The translations under genes and the position numbers were made by a program. From the NCBI GenBank assembly GCA_964187785.1, contig OZ076409.1:64420001-64484000 (forward strand): 64,000 nt of DNA, given 5' to 3'. This DNA comes from Amphiscolops sp. MND2022 (Eukaryota). Positions 24,073-36,100 of the stretch are shown here, in pieces. The first letter of the stretch is position 1. Each line of letters begins with the position of its first letter. The notes below the pieces were generated by a model. The model made no database searches, was not told the origin of the DNA, and was given only the letters and a program-made list of their open reading frames with translations.

Positions 24073-24385
24073 TTCTCTTTTTCCCTGAATGATTTCTCTT
24101 CTCTCATCAATACAAAAACTACCACTCCTCTTCTTTGAAATTCTTTTCGATTGCAGTGATATTTTTTTTAGATTTTCTGGAAAATATAGTCTGTACATTT
24201 CTGAATTTCTTCTGAAAACATTTCTGAAAAAATACATTATCGTTAGACAAAAAACTTCCCCATCTGAAGTATAACAAAATTTCTCCAATGCCGGTTTATC
24301 ACGTTTTCCTATAAACGTCGACACGGTTCTTCTTCTGTTCTCTTGTTTGCCGGTTTATCACGTTTTCTAACACGTTGACACGGTA

Positions 24386-24570
24386 CATTTTCAGACTGAT
24401 TTATCCACAGTGACACAGTTCTGCTCTTCTTTTCAGACTGATTTATCCACAGTGACACAGTTCTGCTCTTCTTTTCAGACTGATTTATCCACAGTGACAC
24501 AGTTCTGCTCTTCTTTCAGACTTATTTATCCACCGTGACACAGTTCTATTCTCCATACTGATTTATCACA
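24386..24570. repeat. 42-bp tandem repeat in the Gypsy 5' leader, ~4 copies
   Basis: Unit TTTTCAGACTGATTTATCCACAGTGACACAGTTCTGCTCTTC; degenerate GCCGGTTTATCACGTTTTC repeats just upstream. Confidence 0.85.
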
Positions 24571-25524
24571 GCTATCCGGAAGCTTGTTGAAACAGTTTTT
24601 CTTCTGTCCGGTTTATCAAACCGTTTATGTGTTTTCTAACACCTTTGACAAGGCAATAAATTCTTCAATCTTGCTATCTTGAACGTCAGGTGGATCCCTG
24701 GTGTAATAGTTGACTGAGTGCATGCCAGGCTCACCTCATCTATAAGCACGTATGTTTCAAGATCAACTTCGTGTTGGCAGAAAACCTGGATTTTCTACTC
24801 TTACGTTTCGGATCCATTTTCTAATAAAATCTCAAAGAAATCTACATTCAGAATTAGACTCTGAAAATCATAAAACGAAACCAAGTCTTCCGCTACTTCA
24901 TTCTCAACATTCTCCTGTCAACAACAACTCCAATCTTCCCAATATTTTTAACAATTCACAAACCTTTTATTTAACAAAACTACGCATGTAATTTTAACAC
25001 AACTCTTTTGCCCTAAAATCTAAAAAAGGGATGCAAATAAAACAGACACTGTAAAGGTAGTTTTATACTTTCAGCCACCCGCAATTCCTATTCCCTCCCG
25101 TAAGACTTAAACAACCAGACTTAGCTTTCAGCTTCATAATCTGATTTTAAGACTGACTAAACACCTTAGCTAAGTCATTAAGGAGAATCTAGAAGACACC
25201 GAACTACTTTCGAATCTTCGAAATTCTCAGGAAGTAAAAGTAAAAGTTCCACTCCCTTAGTCTTAAAACACACAACCCACTTAAAATTAAAACCCCTTAG
25301 CTCTTCCGGACGTGTCAATAGCCTTATGTTAGACCCCTTAGTTGAAGTCCAGCTCTAAAATACAACTCTCACTGGACGTGTCAGTGACGTTATGTCAGAC
25401 ACTTTAATCCAGACTAAAATCATAAAGTGATTCTGTTAACAATCCTTGAGGTTGAATACAGATTCCTTTGCATCCGCTTCTTTCTTCTCGATTCTTAATA
25501 ATAAAACCTCACACGATAAAATAC

Positions 25525-27590
25525 ATGAACTCAAACACACATAATCGATCCTTGAATAATTGAACTCTTTTTACATCCCCAATATCTGTTTATACACATA
25601 TAATTCCTCATATAACCAACCCTATTTATAACCCTACAATTGTAGACTTTGAGAGATTAATTCCGCAATACGAACAATATTTTTTCGATCTTTTGAATCA
25701 ACAACAAATTTACCCAAGATCACGAACTTGAAAACGACTTCAAATAAAGACGTCCCTCATTACTACATTTTTGCTTTTCAACTCTTCTTAAACACTTCTA
25801 CAATTTTATTTTAGAATATCGTAATTACAATCCTCAGTAAGAGTAACAACAACTCTCAATATTAAACTTAGACAACATACCATGTGGGAAAAAGTTACCA
25901 CAATATTCCTTATCACCACATATACATTTTGCGTTCTCTCCCTATTTTGCATCCTCTTGGAAAAATTACTTACATCAAAAAATAATCTCTAACATGAAAT
26001 CTTCAAAATCTTCCCCTTCACCTTTTGAGATACCTAACATTAAAAACACAAAAGTAATAAAAACAGAAACAAAACCATTTCTACACAACATTGTTTATAA
26101 CTATACATAACCTCTTTCATTTGAAAATGAAGCCTACAGTCTTGAAACAATTCTTTTTATTAGAGAACATCTGGATACATATCTCTTCTATATTAGACAT
26201 AGATCTACAACTGTTTCTACAGAATATCCATCTTTTCAAATTACTTGCCCTCAATAAGAAACTTCTTCAACCCAAACATATAGAAGAACAATTAACCCAA
26301 TTAATCTCCAAGTCCATATTAAAGACGTTTACCATGCTTTCTTAATCCAAGTGAAAGAATTCAATCTAGCGCTCGAAAATCCAAAATATAGCCCAAATGC
26401 ACTTCAAGAATTTGAACGATATATACACAATTTCGAAGTAGAAGATATAGAAAGAATAGTTATAACTCAAGATAATCTTCATCATTGGCTACAAACAGAT
26501 ATAATACGGATACAATGTTTCTTATTTCATTATGTCAAAGTTATAACATTGAACGAACAATCAATACCTCAGATTAAACTAATATCTTTATTCCTTAGAA
26601 AATTTTTAAGATTCAAATATCAATTACAATGGTCAGAACAGGATCAAGCTGCTTTCACAGTACTCACAACTCATTTTATAGCTGATGAATGTCTACCATT
26701 CATCATAAATAAAAAGAATGAACACCCTTATTTTTTCAAACCAGATAAAATAACAAAACAAACCATTGATTTTACATCCTTTGATCCTCGTGTAATTACA
26801 AAATACAATCTTATTGATGACAATAGACCTTATCGTTATGAACAAAATATTCAAGAACAACAAAGTCTATTTACTACCAATGAAAACTACAATGAAAACG
26901 ATAACAATAATGAAGATTACACTCTTGAAAATCAAAATGAAAATCGCAATAAAACTCTTGTACATCATATAAATGAAAACAATACTAGTGAATATACCAC
27001 CCCGAATCTACAACTTCAGCACAAGATGCATCACAAACTGGGACATCAACAAACAACCACTTTATTAGAGTTCCAACTAGGGTTGTTAGTCCAAGACCAA
27101 ATACATATAACCCACAATCATACTCAGATACATCTCCACGACGTATCATTACTTTCAACTTTCCTTCTAGTTCAGATGATGAGATACAAGATGAAACTCA
27201 AAATATACCCTCATTCCGTAATACTTCTGTTGATGTTTCGTCACCTACAAGAACTATTCTCGATACTACACAAAATACAAACACTACACAAAATATATCT
27301 CCATCTATGTACGATCCTCCATCACTCCCTTCTACATTTAAATATCCAAATAAAACAATTCGATCTGAAGACAATAATAACAAACAAACCTCCAGCCGAT
27401 ATTATGACCCATTCAATTATTCCTTTTATCCACAATCTAATACAAATATTCAAGCGAATAATAATCAAAATACTTCTCAACCTAACAATAATCCTAATTT
27501 GCTAACATATCACTCATAAACACACACCCGCTATCAACAAATTCCACACAAACAAATTCTTCTTCACAAAATCAAAGGATACCATATTCT
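25525..27590 (+). pseudogene. Long unexplained coding region upstream of the capsid domain (N-terminal Gag extension or separate ORF)
   Basis: Includes the 384-aa ORF 26351-27505 with helical-looking sequence (ALQEFERYIHNFEVEDIERIV...QIKLISLFLRKFLRFKYQLQW) followed by N/Q/P/S/T-rich low complexity; frameshifted; start approximate. Confidence 0.55.
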
Positions 27591-27594
27591 AACA

Positions 27595-29082
27595 TTGTAC
27601 ACTCTTCTCGAAGACGATTCCAAAATCCTCCACTTTCGTATTTATCAACCGATCCCAAATCAAATAAATCAACATACGACTTACAATCCCACTCAATTTT
27701 CACCAACTGTAAACATGGCACAATCTGTTATTCCTCCACCTCAGCATATACCAATACAACAAGATACATTCATAAATACTTCAGCTTCAATACCAGAACC
27801 TATGAAATCTTTCGATGGTTTAGACCACTCTTACACCCCAGAAGAATATCTACAACAAGTTGAAGCAAGATTAACCTTTGCCATAGGTGAAGAACCTCAA
27901 AATAAACCTGTAAAGTACAGATCATGGCATAATAGACGGACGGTTTATATACAATGTTCTTTAATAGGAACAGCCCTTGATTGGTACACTAACCTCCAAT
28001 AATCATATGAACAACAATGGAATTCATTTGTACAATTATTTAAAAAACAATTTTTTCTCAAATAACAGCTTATTACGCACAACTAGAAGCTATGTCACTC
28101 ATGAAAAAAGATGATGAAACAGTACGTCATTTCGCTCTCAGAGTACAACAGTTAGTTAAAAAAGGATGATGGTGCAATGAAAATGCAGCCACTATGAACC
28201 CTAAAAATAATGAAATTTTTACAAAAGGATTACCTAAAAAGTTAAAAGATTTTGCACACAAAAGACAAGTTAAACACGTATCAACGTTACTTGAACCATC
28301 AATACCATTTCACACACTTGTTCGACATGTTGACTCTGAAGATATTGCTAACGAAAAAATAAGAACCAATGATCTAGCCTTAGAAATAAACAAAATATCC
28401 ATTGAAAACGACAATAATGACAAGGAATTAGAACCTGATCATATAATGGTTACTCAGCCTGGAGACCCAAATAATAAGAGTAAACAAGCTTACAAGTAAT
28501 ATTGCTCTTATTGTCATAAAAACAATCACGGTGTTTCAAATTGTTATCAAAAACAACGTGACGAAGATTACCAAAATTATAGAAATCCGTGACCAAGAAC
28601 TCCCCAACAATCGTTTGTACAATACTTCCGTCCGTAGTAAACCCAGCAATTCTCAAGATAACCGAACTGAAAACAAAACTGATTTTTCTTCTAGAGATAA
28701 TGACCGTAATAGATATAGCCAACACTACTCCTACCATAGTGATAGATATAGAAATATTGATAGATACCGAAGTAACAGTGGAGACTATTCACAAAACAAC
28801 TATCGATCTAATTCTCGACAAAGATACTACAAAAAATCCCAAAGTCCATACTCATCTAGATCTAGATATGACAACCATTATCAAAGAAAAACTCCATCCA
28901 GATCCCCATATAGATCACCATGCAGAAACTATTCTAATTACAGATATAATTCTCAATCAAGATATAGATCTCGCTCTCAATCACAAGGAAATTCTTTCAG
29001 ACAATATAGTTACCCATATAGACCTCCATCCAAACCAAGAGATTACAGATCACGATCTAGAACACCTTCACAGAACAGATAA
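27595..29082 (+). pseudogene. gag: Gypsy gag (capsid, CCHC zinc knuckle, RS/Y-rich tail), disrupted
   Basis: MKSFDGLDHSYTPEEYL...SLIGTALDWY...ETVRHFALRVQQLV...FTKGLPKKLK; CSYCHKNNHGVSNC (CX2CX4HX4C) at ~28503-28544; stops and frameshifts. Confidence 0.85.
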
Positions 29083-32000
29083 CAAACAAAACAGAATCAA
29101 TCAAGTAAATGTTAAATTTACAAATGACAAAGATAGTACTAAATTTGAAGTTCATACATGTCAAATCACTGAAATTGCAAACACAATTACTCCTTATAGT
29201 TGGTTTTATCCACTATATATACATGCTTTTGAAAGAAAAGACAACATATTACCTTCAAAATTAGAAAATTTATTTCTCTTAGATACTGGAGCTTCTATTT
29301 CAGTTTTAAACCTACCAACATTTCATGTAATTGCAAAGCAATTAAACCTTAATGTTCCAAGGGACATTGAAAATAAACGAGCAAAAACTCTTACAGTTGC
29401 CAACCAGACTGAAGTACCAATAGTACATTATGTTTCGATGACATGCTTTACCGAAGTAAATCATCAAAATCGATCGTTCAATATTGAATTTGCTGTAGCA
29501 AACATTAAATACAATATTCTTGGAGCACCTTTCTTCAAGAAAATAATTCAAAATATAGACTTTCAACAAAACATTATGACTTATAAAGAACAACATCCAA
29601 AACTTCCAACAAAAACACATTTTTTGACATTCGCAGAAAAAGATTACCCATATATTTCATACATTTATACCATCAATTGTAAAGAACCAATTCACTTTAA
29701 ACCCATGCAGGAAAGACTATACATTTCCCGATCAAAAGTTATCTCAACTTTCACTTTGAACTAGAAAATAATACTGAATTCTACCCATCAATTTCATATA
29801 CATACTTCTTACAAAAATTTAAAGATATTTTTCATTTCTTAGACATGATCATAAATGGAAAAAAAAGTCTCATGCTCAACAGTAATTCAAAATTTCACAT
29901 CTCATCCAGCTACACTACCACGAGGAATTATTGGATACATAGACATCCCTATCATTCAAACAACACCTCCTTATTATAGAGTTCAAGACGTAAACTCACT
30001 CATTCAAATTCATTGAAAAACTACATATAAATCTCAAACCGTATATACCTTACTACACGACGACGTGGAATTCCAATGGACACCTGAACTAGAAAAAAAA
30101 ATCCAAGATGTTAAAAGTTCAATGACAGCAGACACCGAATTAGCCATACCCAATACCAAACATCCATTTTTCATAACAGTCGTTGCTTCCTTAGTTGGCT
30201 TAAGCGCAGTCCTATTCCAAATGAAGGAAGAAAATAAAATGAAAATTATTTCTTATAATTCTCAAATCCTCAACACCCAAGAACCAAAACTTTCAACATT
30301 AGACCGAGAACTTCTTGCAAGAGTCTATGCATTACAAATATACGAATTTCTCATTATTGGATCTCCTCAACCAATATACATCTTTACAGATCATAAACAT
30401 TTATTACAGTTTTGCCAAAAAGGGAAACCTTAGCCCAAGATTTTATTGAGCACAAATGCAACTCACAAAGTTTTAAAAACTCAAAATCATTCACACCCCT
30501 GGAAAAAACTTAAATGTAGCAGATATGCTTTCAAGAACCTTTACCAAAGAACAACTTCAAATACATCAATTACGACATGAACAATGGCCACCTCAAATAA
30601 ATTTCTCTATTATGAAAGACGATCAACTCAAACCTGTACATTAATTAGTGAAACATGAAGAAATCAAATACAATCAAAAAAACATTTGCCAACGAATTCT
30701 CGCTGACTATGGAGAAGATCAATTTTCCATTCCCATAAACAACAAAGGAGAAGATATTCATAAAAAAACTTTAGATTCATTTTCCTTTCAATCCATTGTT
30801 CCATTTGAATCTAAATACAATAGACCCAGAAAGAATAAGGCAAAATCACTTCTACAACAATCAACTATCCTTGATGATACTGATATTCTTAGTGATGAAG
30901 ATGAACCAAATCAACCTCAAGATATAAAAGATCAGAACACAAATACATTAGCAGAACAAACCCTTGCACTACAATATCCCACTAAAAGTTCCATTTTTTG
31001 ATCCATCCTTCTTTAAGTATAACAAATTATTTCATTATTTCTTCCTCCCAGATGATACCCCAGTAACAATTGAAACTATAAAATCACAACAAAAACACAA
31101 TCCCGTTCTACAAAAAGTTTATCATTGGTTACAAAGTGACGAAAAACCTTTACAAATAGATATAACAAAAGCAAGTAACACTCTCCTATCAGTTTACTAC
31201 AAACTCTTCCACCAATTGTACATAATTCATGAAACAAAAATCATCCATATATATTATTCTAATACACATGATTCAAACCCAAGACAAAATGACAAAATAT
31301 GTCTATCATTTAAAATCTTCCATGCAGCTTTTAACAAACTCCATGCACATGGACACTCAGGAATTAAAATCTCCATAAAAGCTTTCAATCATTTTTATTT
31401 TATACTATTTTTAGATAATTGGATGTCGATATTCATTCATGATTGCATTGAATGTCAACAAAACAAACATATTAACTAAAACATTCAAACTGCAACAATA
31501 CAAACATTTTCAGAAAATGCTTCATGATTCAACTATCGAATATCAATGGATGCAAAAGGCCCAATAAATCCACAATCTAATCAAAACTCATATATTCATG
31601 TGATAGTAGATGCTTTTAGCCACTTTGTAGTAACAGTACCTGTTAAACAAAACAATGCCCAAAACGCTGTCAACTCTTTACAACATCATTGGATTACTAA
31701 ATTTGGACCCCCGTGTATTTAGTTACAGATCGTGGTTCAGAATATATTAATTCTGAACTTGCAAACCTTTGTACTACATAGGGAATTAGACATTCACCAA
31801 GAACACCTTACGCACCACGGACAAATGGTTTAGTAGAAAATCAAAATAAAAATCTTGGAACCCATCTTCGATTTTTCTCACATAACACACCAGAAAACTG
31901 GTCTACCCAAGTCCATAAGTACGCTTATGCACATAATTCACAACCACTCTCTGAATTAAATCTTTCGCCATACGAAAAAGTATTTCACACTATACCAAGA

Positions 32001-32282
32001 ATCCCCATCAACTTTGAACTCAATCTCCAACGAGACACTTATAAAAACTGTACATCTCAATTTTGTCAGAATCTACCACTTCACAAACATTATGACAAAT
32101 CAAACTTAAACCCCTTCTTCCATAAAATCTTGTCAAAACCAGTTCCACAATGGATTCTCGCTACAGAAACGGCGATGATACAAATTTACCACACAGTATA
32201 TGAAAATACAAAAAGAAAAATTATTAATTCATTTGCCAATTTCAATAAAACATAAAATATTCCAAGACCCTTAGACATCGGT
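29083..32282 (+). pseudogene. pol: Gypsy pol, 5' part: aspartic protease, RT core deleted, RNase H, integrase
   Basis: FLLDTGASISVL and YNILGAPF (protease); FQWTPELE...PFFITVVASLVGLSAVLFQ...LDRELLA...IFTDHK (RNase H); HAHGHSG...CIECQQNK (HHCC); ISMDAKGP, VIVDAFSHF, VTDRGSEY, TNGLVE (DDE core). Confidence 0.92.
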
Positions 32283-33110
32283 TGTAACAACTGCTTGGTC
32301 CCTTCAGTTGACCAAACTTTGCGCCGCCCTGAATTCGGTGCTCGGCACTGCGGATCGTTACCGAACACTGCTTGCTTCTTAGATTAAAAGGACTGTATCT
32401 TGACTTAGTAGGATCCAATGATCCCGAATTGTACTTCTTCCTTGTTTCTTAACACGTCCAACTCTCTACAAGTTGAGAGTAACTAACTTAGTCGCCATAA
32501 GTCTTTGGCGAAAAGTCGAAAAGAGGTGAGGAAATGAATTGAGAATTGAAATGGTCCTAAGACCCAACTTGAATACAGCTTTTCAATCCATTTGTGCCTC
32601 TCTAGTTATGGTATACATATCGTTTACAAATCTTCAGTAAATATAAGTCAAAATATGAAGTATAAAAAATGACATTTAGGTGAATTATTAAAGTTAATGG
32701 CGATGTAAACAAACCATAGTGTGGGTATAGCATGTTGGTTAGGTGGGCTCTAAAGCATGTTTACACAATGTATATATCATTATTTCAACAGAGTTATATT
32801 CTCTAATGTGGTCATATAAGTGAATAACAAAGTTTACATTTTTGGTTCAAGGACCTTGAACACCACACATGTGAGGGGTATTGGGGGTTATAGTGGATGA
32901 TTGACCTTGAAACTTCGCCGGTGAATTTGTGTTAGGTACTTGCGTATGTGTGCCAAGTTTCATGTCTCTAGGGTTAGTAGTTGTCGAGAACATCCAATTT
33001 GGGGGGGGTTCCATTTTTGTGATGATTGGATTTTCTTCAAATTTTCATCTAAGTTTTTTTAAAGTTTAAGTTCTTGTTTCTCAACCAACATGTTCCAAAT
33101 CAACTTTCTT
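32283..33110 (-). repeat. BEL 3' LTR, missing ~22 bp at its inner end
   Basis: Aligns with 39649-40477 at roughly 93-94% by eye; homology stops at CAACTTTCTT. Confidence 0.9.
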
Positions 33111-36100
33111 CGTTCCAAATTGTTGACTTTCAGCTGTCTCACGTCACCTTTGTTCCATTTATTACGCACATTCCATTGCGGCAGATATTCTTTAGTCCGT
33201 CGAGTCCAAATCATATCTGAATAAGCTTGCGACACTCGAAATACTTGTCTCAAATCTGTGTAACGTTGAGCGACTGGTAGGAATGGTGTGGCTAAATTAG
33301 CTCTTCCCATTAGGAAAGGTCAAAGCTTCCAGGTCATCAGGATCGTCACTAACACTAGTCAGTGGTCTAGCGTTCAACGTCTGTTCTACTAAACACATAG
33401 TTGTTATAAGGACGTCGTCCGTCAAGGATCGCCCATCCAATACAGCTATCATTGCCTTTTTACAATTTCGGACCAATCGTTTCCAGATTCCTCCAAAATG
33501 AGGAGCTCCAAGAGGGTTGAATTTCCACTTGATTTCTTTTTGAACTAAAGCGTTCTCAATATCTGACTGATTCCATGCATTTATACAATCTCTCATTTCT
33601 TTAGCTCCACCCACGAAGTTTTTCCCGTTATCGCTCAAAATTGTAGCAGGTTTACCTCTACGGGGAATAAACCGTGTGATAGCAGTTAAGCTGGTCTCTG
33701 CTTCCAAAGATGAAACAACTTCAATGTGTACTGCACTAGTCGTCAAACATGTGAAGAGACAACACCATCTCTTCATGGTCTTACGCATATACTTCACTTC
33801 AGAAGGACCAAAATAGTCAATTCCAGTGTTGGTGAAGGGGAATACTCGTTCTTGCAATCTCTCTCACGGTAAATCAGCCATAAATGGTTGAGACACTCCA
33901 GCTCGTTGCTTTCTACATTCAACACATTTCGCTTTGACGTTCGTCAAAGCGTTTCGCAATCCAATAATCCAGTATTCTTGCCTCACAACACTTCTGACGT
34001 AATCTGTGCCTTCATGAAAATTCGCTCGATGAGCATCTTCAAATAACTTGATGACTACATAGTGCTTTGCTGACAAAAAGACCGGGTGTTTGACCTCATA
34101 ACTTGATCTTGAATGCTGCAGTCGGCCATGTAGTCGCAGCAATCCTTTTTCATCCAGAAACGGCGATAATTTATTCAATCGATGTGATGCCGGCAACGGC
34201 TGCCCTTTAGAGATCTTCTCGTAGGCATCATGAAAACTTTCTTTCTGAAAACGTTTTAAAATTGCCAGCTTTGCCGCATTGAGTTCTTCAACTGTCAGAA
34301 TTTCTCCAGAATTCCTTTTCCTCCATCTTAGGCAGTATGAGAGCACTCGAATTATTTTCTTGAAAGAGCCAAATCTTTCCCATTCGAATGCGCGTTTTAT
34401 TACAGCAGCTTCCAGGACTGGTTCTTGCTATTCTTGAATGCTAATTGCAATTTTTCAGGCGCCTTAGGCCAGACGTCCTCTGTCTCGGTGAGCCACGCCG
34501 GCCCTGTGAGCCACTCACTCTCGTTCAGGGCTTCAACTGTCATTCGTCGAGTTCCAATGTCAACAGGATTCATTTTTCCTTCAACATGCCGCCATTGATC
34601 GACAGTTGAATTTTCGAGAATTTCAGCTACGCGGTTTGCCACAAAGACCGGTTGCTTGTTGTTACTTGCGTGAAGCCATTGTAGGACCGTAGTTGAATCT
34701 GTCCAATGTACAATTTGGTCTACTTCAATATCATGTTCTTCCAAAATAAGCTCCTGCAGTCTTACTCCAAAAACTGCTGCCTGCATCTCCAACTTAGCCA
34801 CTGTCATGTTTCGTATTGGAGCTACTCTGCATTCACTTCGCCATTTTCTTGCTTTCTCAAACAAGCAACCATACACATTGCTTCCAACGAAGCGTCTGAG
34901 AAGATATCTAGATCAACTTTGCTCACTCCAGACTCCAAGTATGTTCTTTTAAGGACCATTTGATTCACTTGAATCATCTCTGATGCCCATTTCGCGAATG
35001 CATGTCGATTTTCTTCTATCAGTTCTTCATCCCACGACTGTCCGTTCTCCTTCCATATAGATTTTAGTAGCAGTCGCATTCTGATAGTAAAAAGAGACAC
35101 TATTCCCAGAGGGTCGGACACAGCTGAAACGTGGGATAACACAGCTCTCTGCGTTATCTTCACCGGTATCTCCTTCTGCATGCCTCTGCAGACTTCCAGA
35201 TTGTCTGCGTCAACGTTCCATTGCAGTCCCAAGATTAATGGAGAAGTCGGTTCAGCTTCAAAAGTTTTACTAGAGGACGGTGACTTGTCTGCTTTGTCAA
35301 TAGACGTCATAGTCTGTTCGCAGTTGCTAATCCATTTTGTTAAGTGAAAGCCTCTCTTTGCCAACATTGCTCGCAACAGTTTGTAGATTCCAATAGCCTG
35401 CTCAGCGCTGGGAACAGACTCGACAAAGTCATCCATATAGAAGTTTCGCATTATCAGTTTAGTAATTTGTGGGGACTCCTGTGCGTTATCTCTTGCAACT
35501 TGTTGCAGAGCATAATTGGCGCAAGTTGGCGAACTTTTGGCTCCGAAGAGATGTCTTCCATACTCATACTTGTTAACGGGTTCATTTGGATTGTCTCTCT
35601 ATTGAAATGTCAACACTTCACAATCTTCCGGCGGTACTTTCACTTGGAGGAACATCGCCTCAATGTCAGCAGTGATGGCGATCTTTTGTTCTCTAAACCT
35701 GGAGATTATTCCAATCAGATTCTGTAGTAGGTCCGGCCCTGTCAAGAGGTTATCGCTCAAGGAAATTCCACGTAATTCGGATGCTGCGTTGCACACTCGC
35801 CTCAATTTTCCTGGTTTGTTTGGGTTTTCTACTGGGTGATGTGGAACATACCACTGTCTTTCCAATATTGTAGCTTCTAATTCTTCTTGCTTCAGGATTC
35901 TGACGAATCCCTTTTCAACATCTACTTTGATAGAGTCTTGATAGAGTTTCTTTAACTCTGGTTTCTTTTCAAGTCTTTACTAAAACGATTTCATTTGGCT
36001 TAATGCAGAAGAGCAATTGTTTGGCAAGAAGGGGTCATTTCTTTTCCAGAGAAGACCAACTTCATATCTTTCACCATCAAACTTTGTGGTTTGTTCCAGC

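Noticed and set aside
24386..24570. 42-bp repeats as CRISPR or a coding repeat (ORF 24309-24500)
   Set aside because: No spacers; ordinary tandem repeat in the retroelement leader; the antisense ORF is a by-product.
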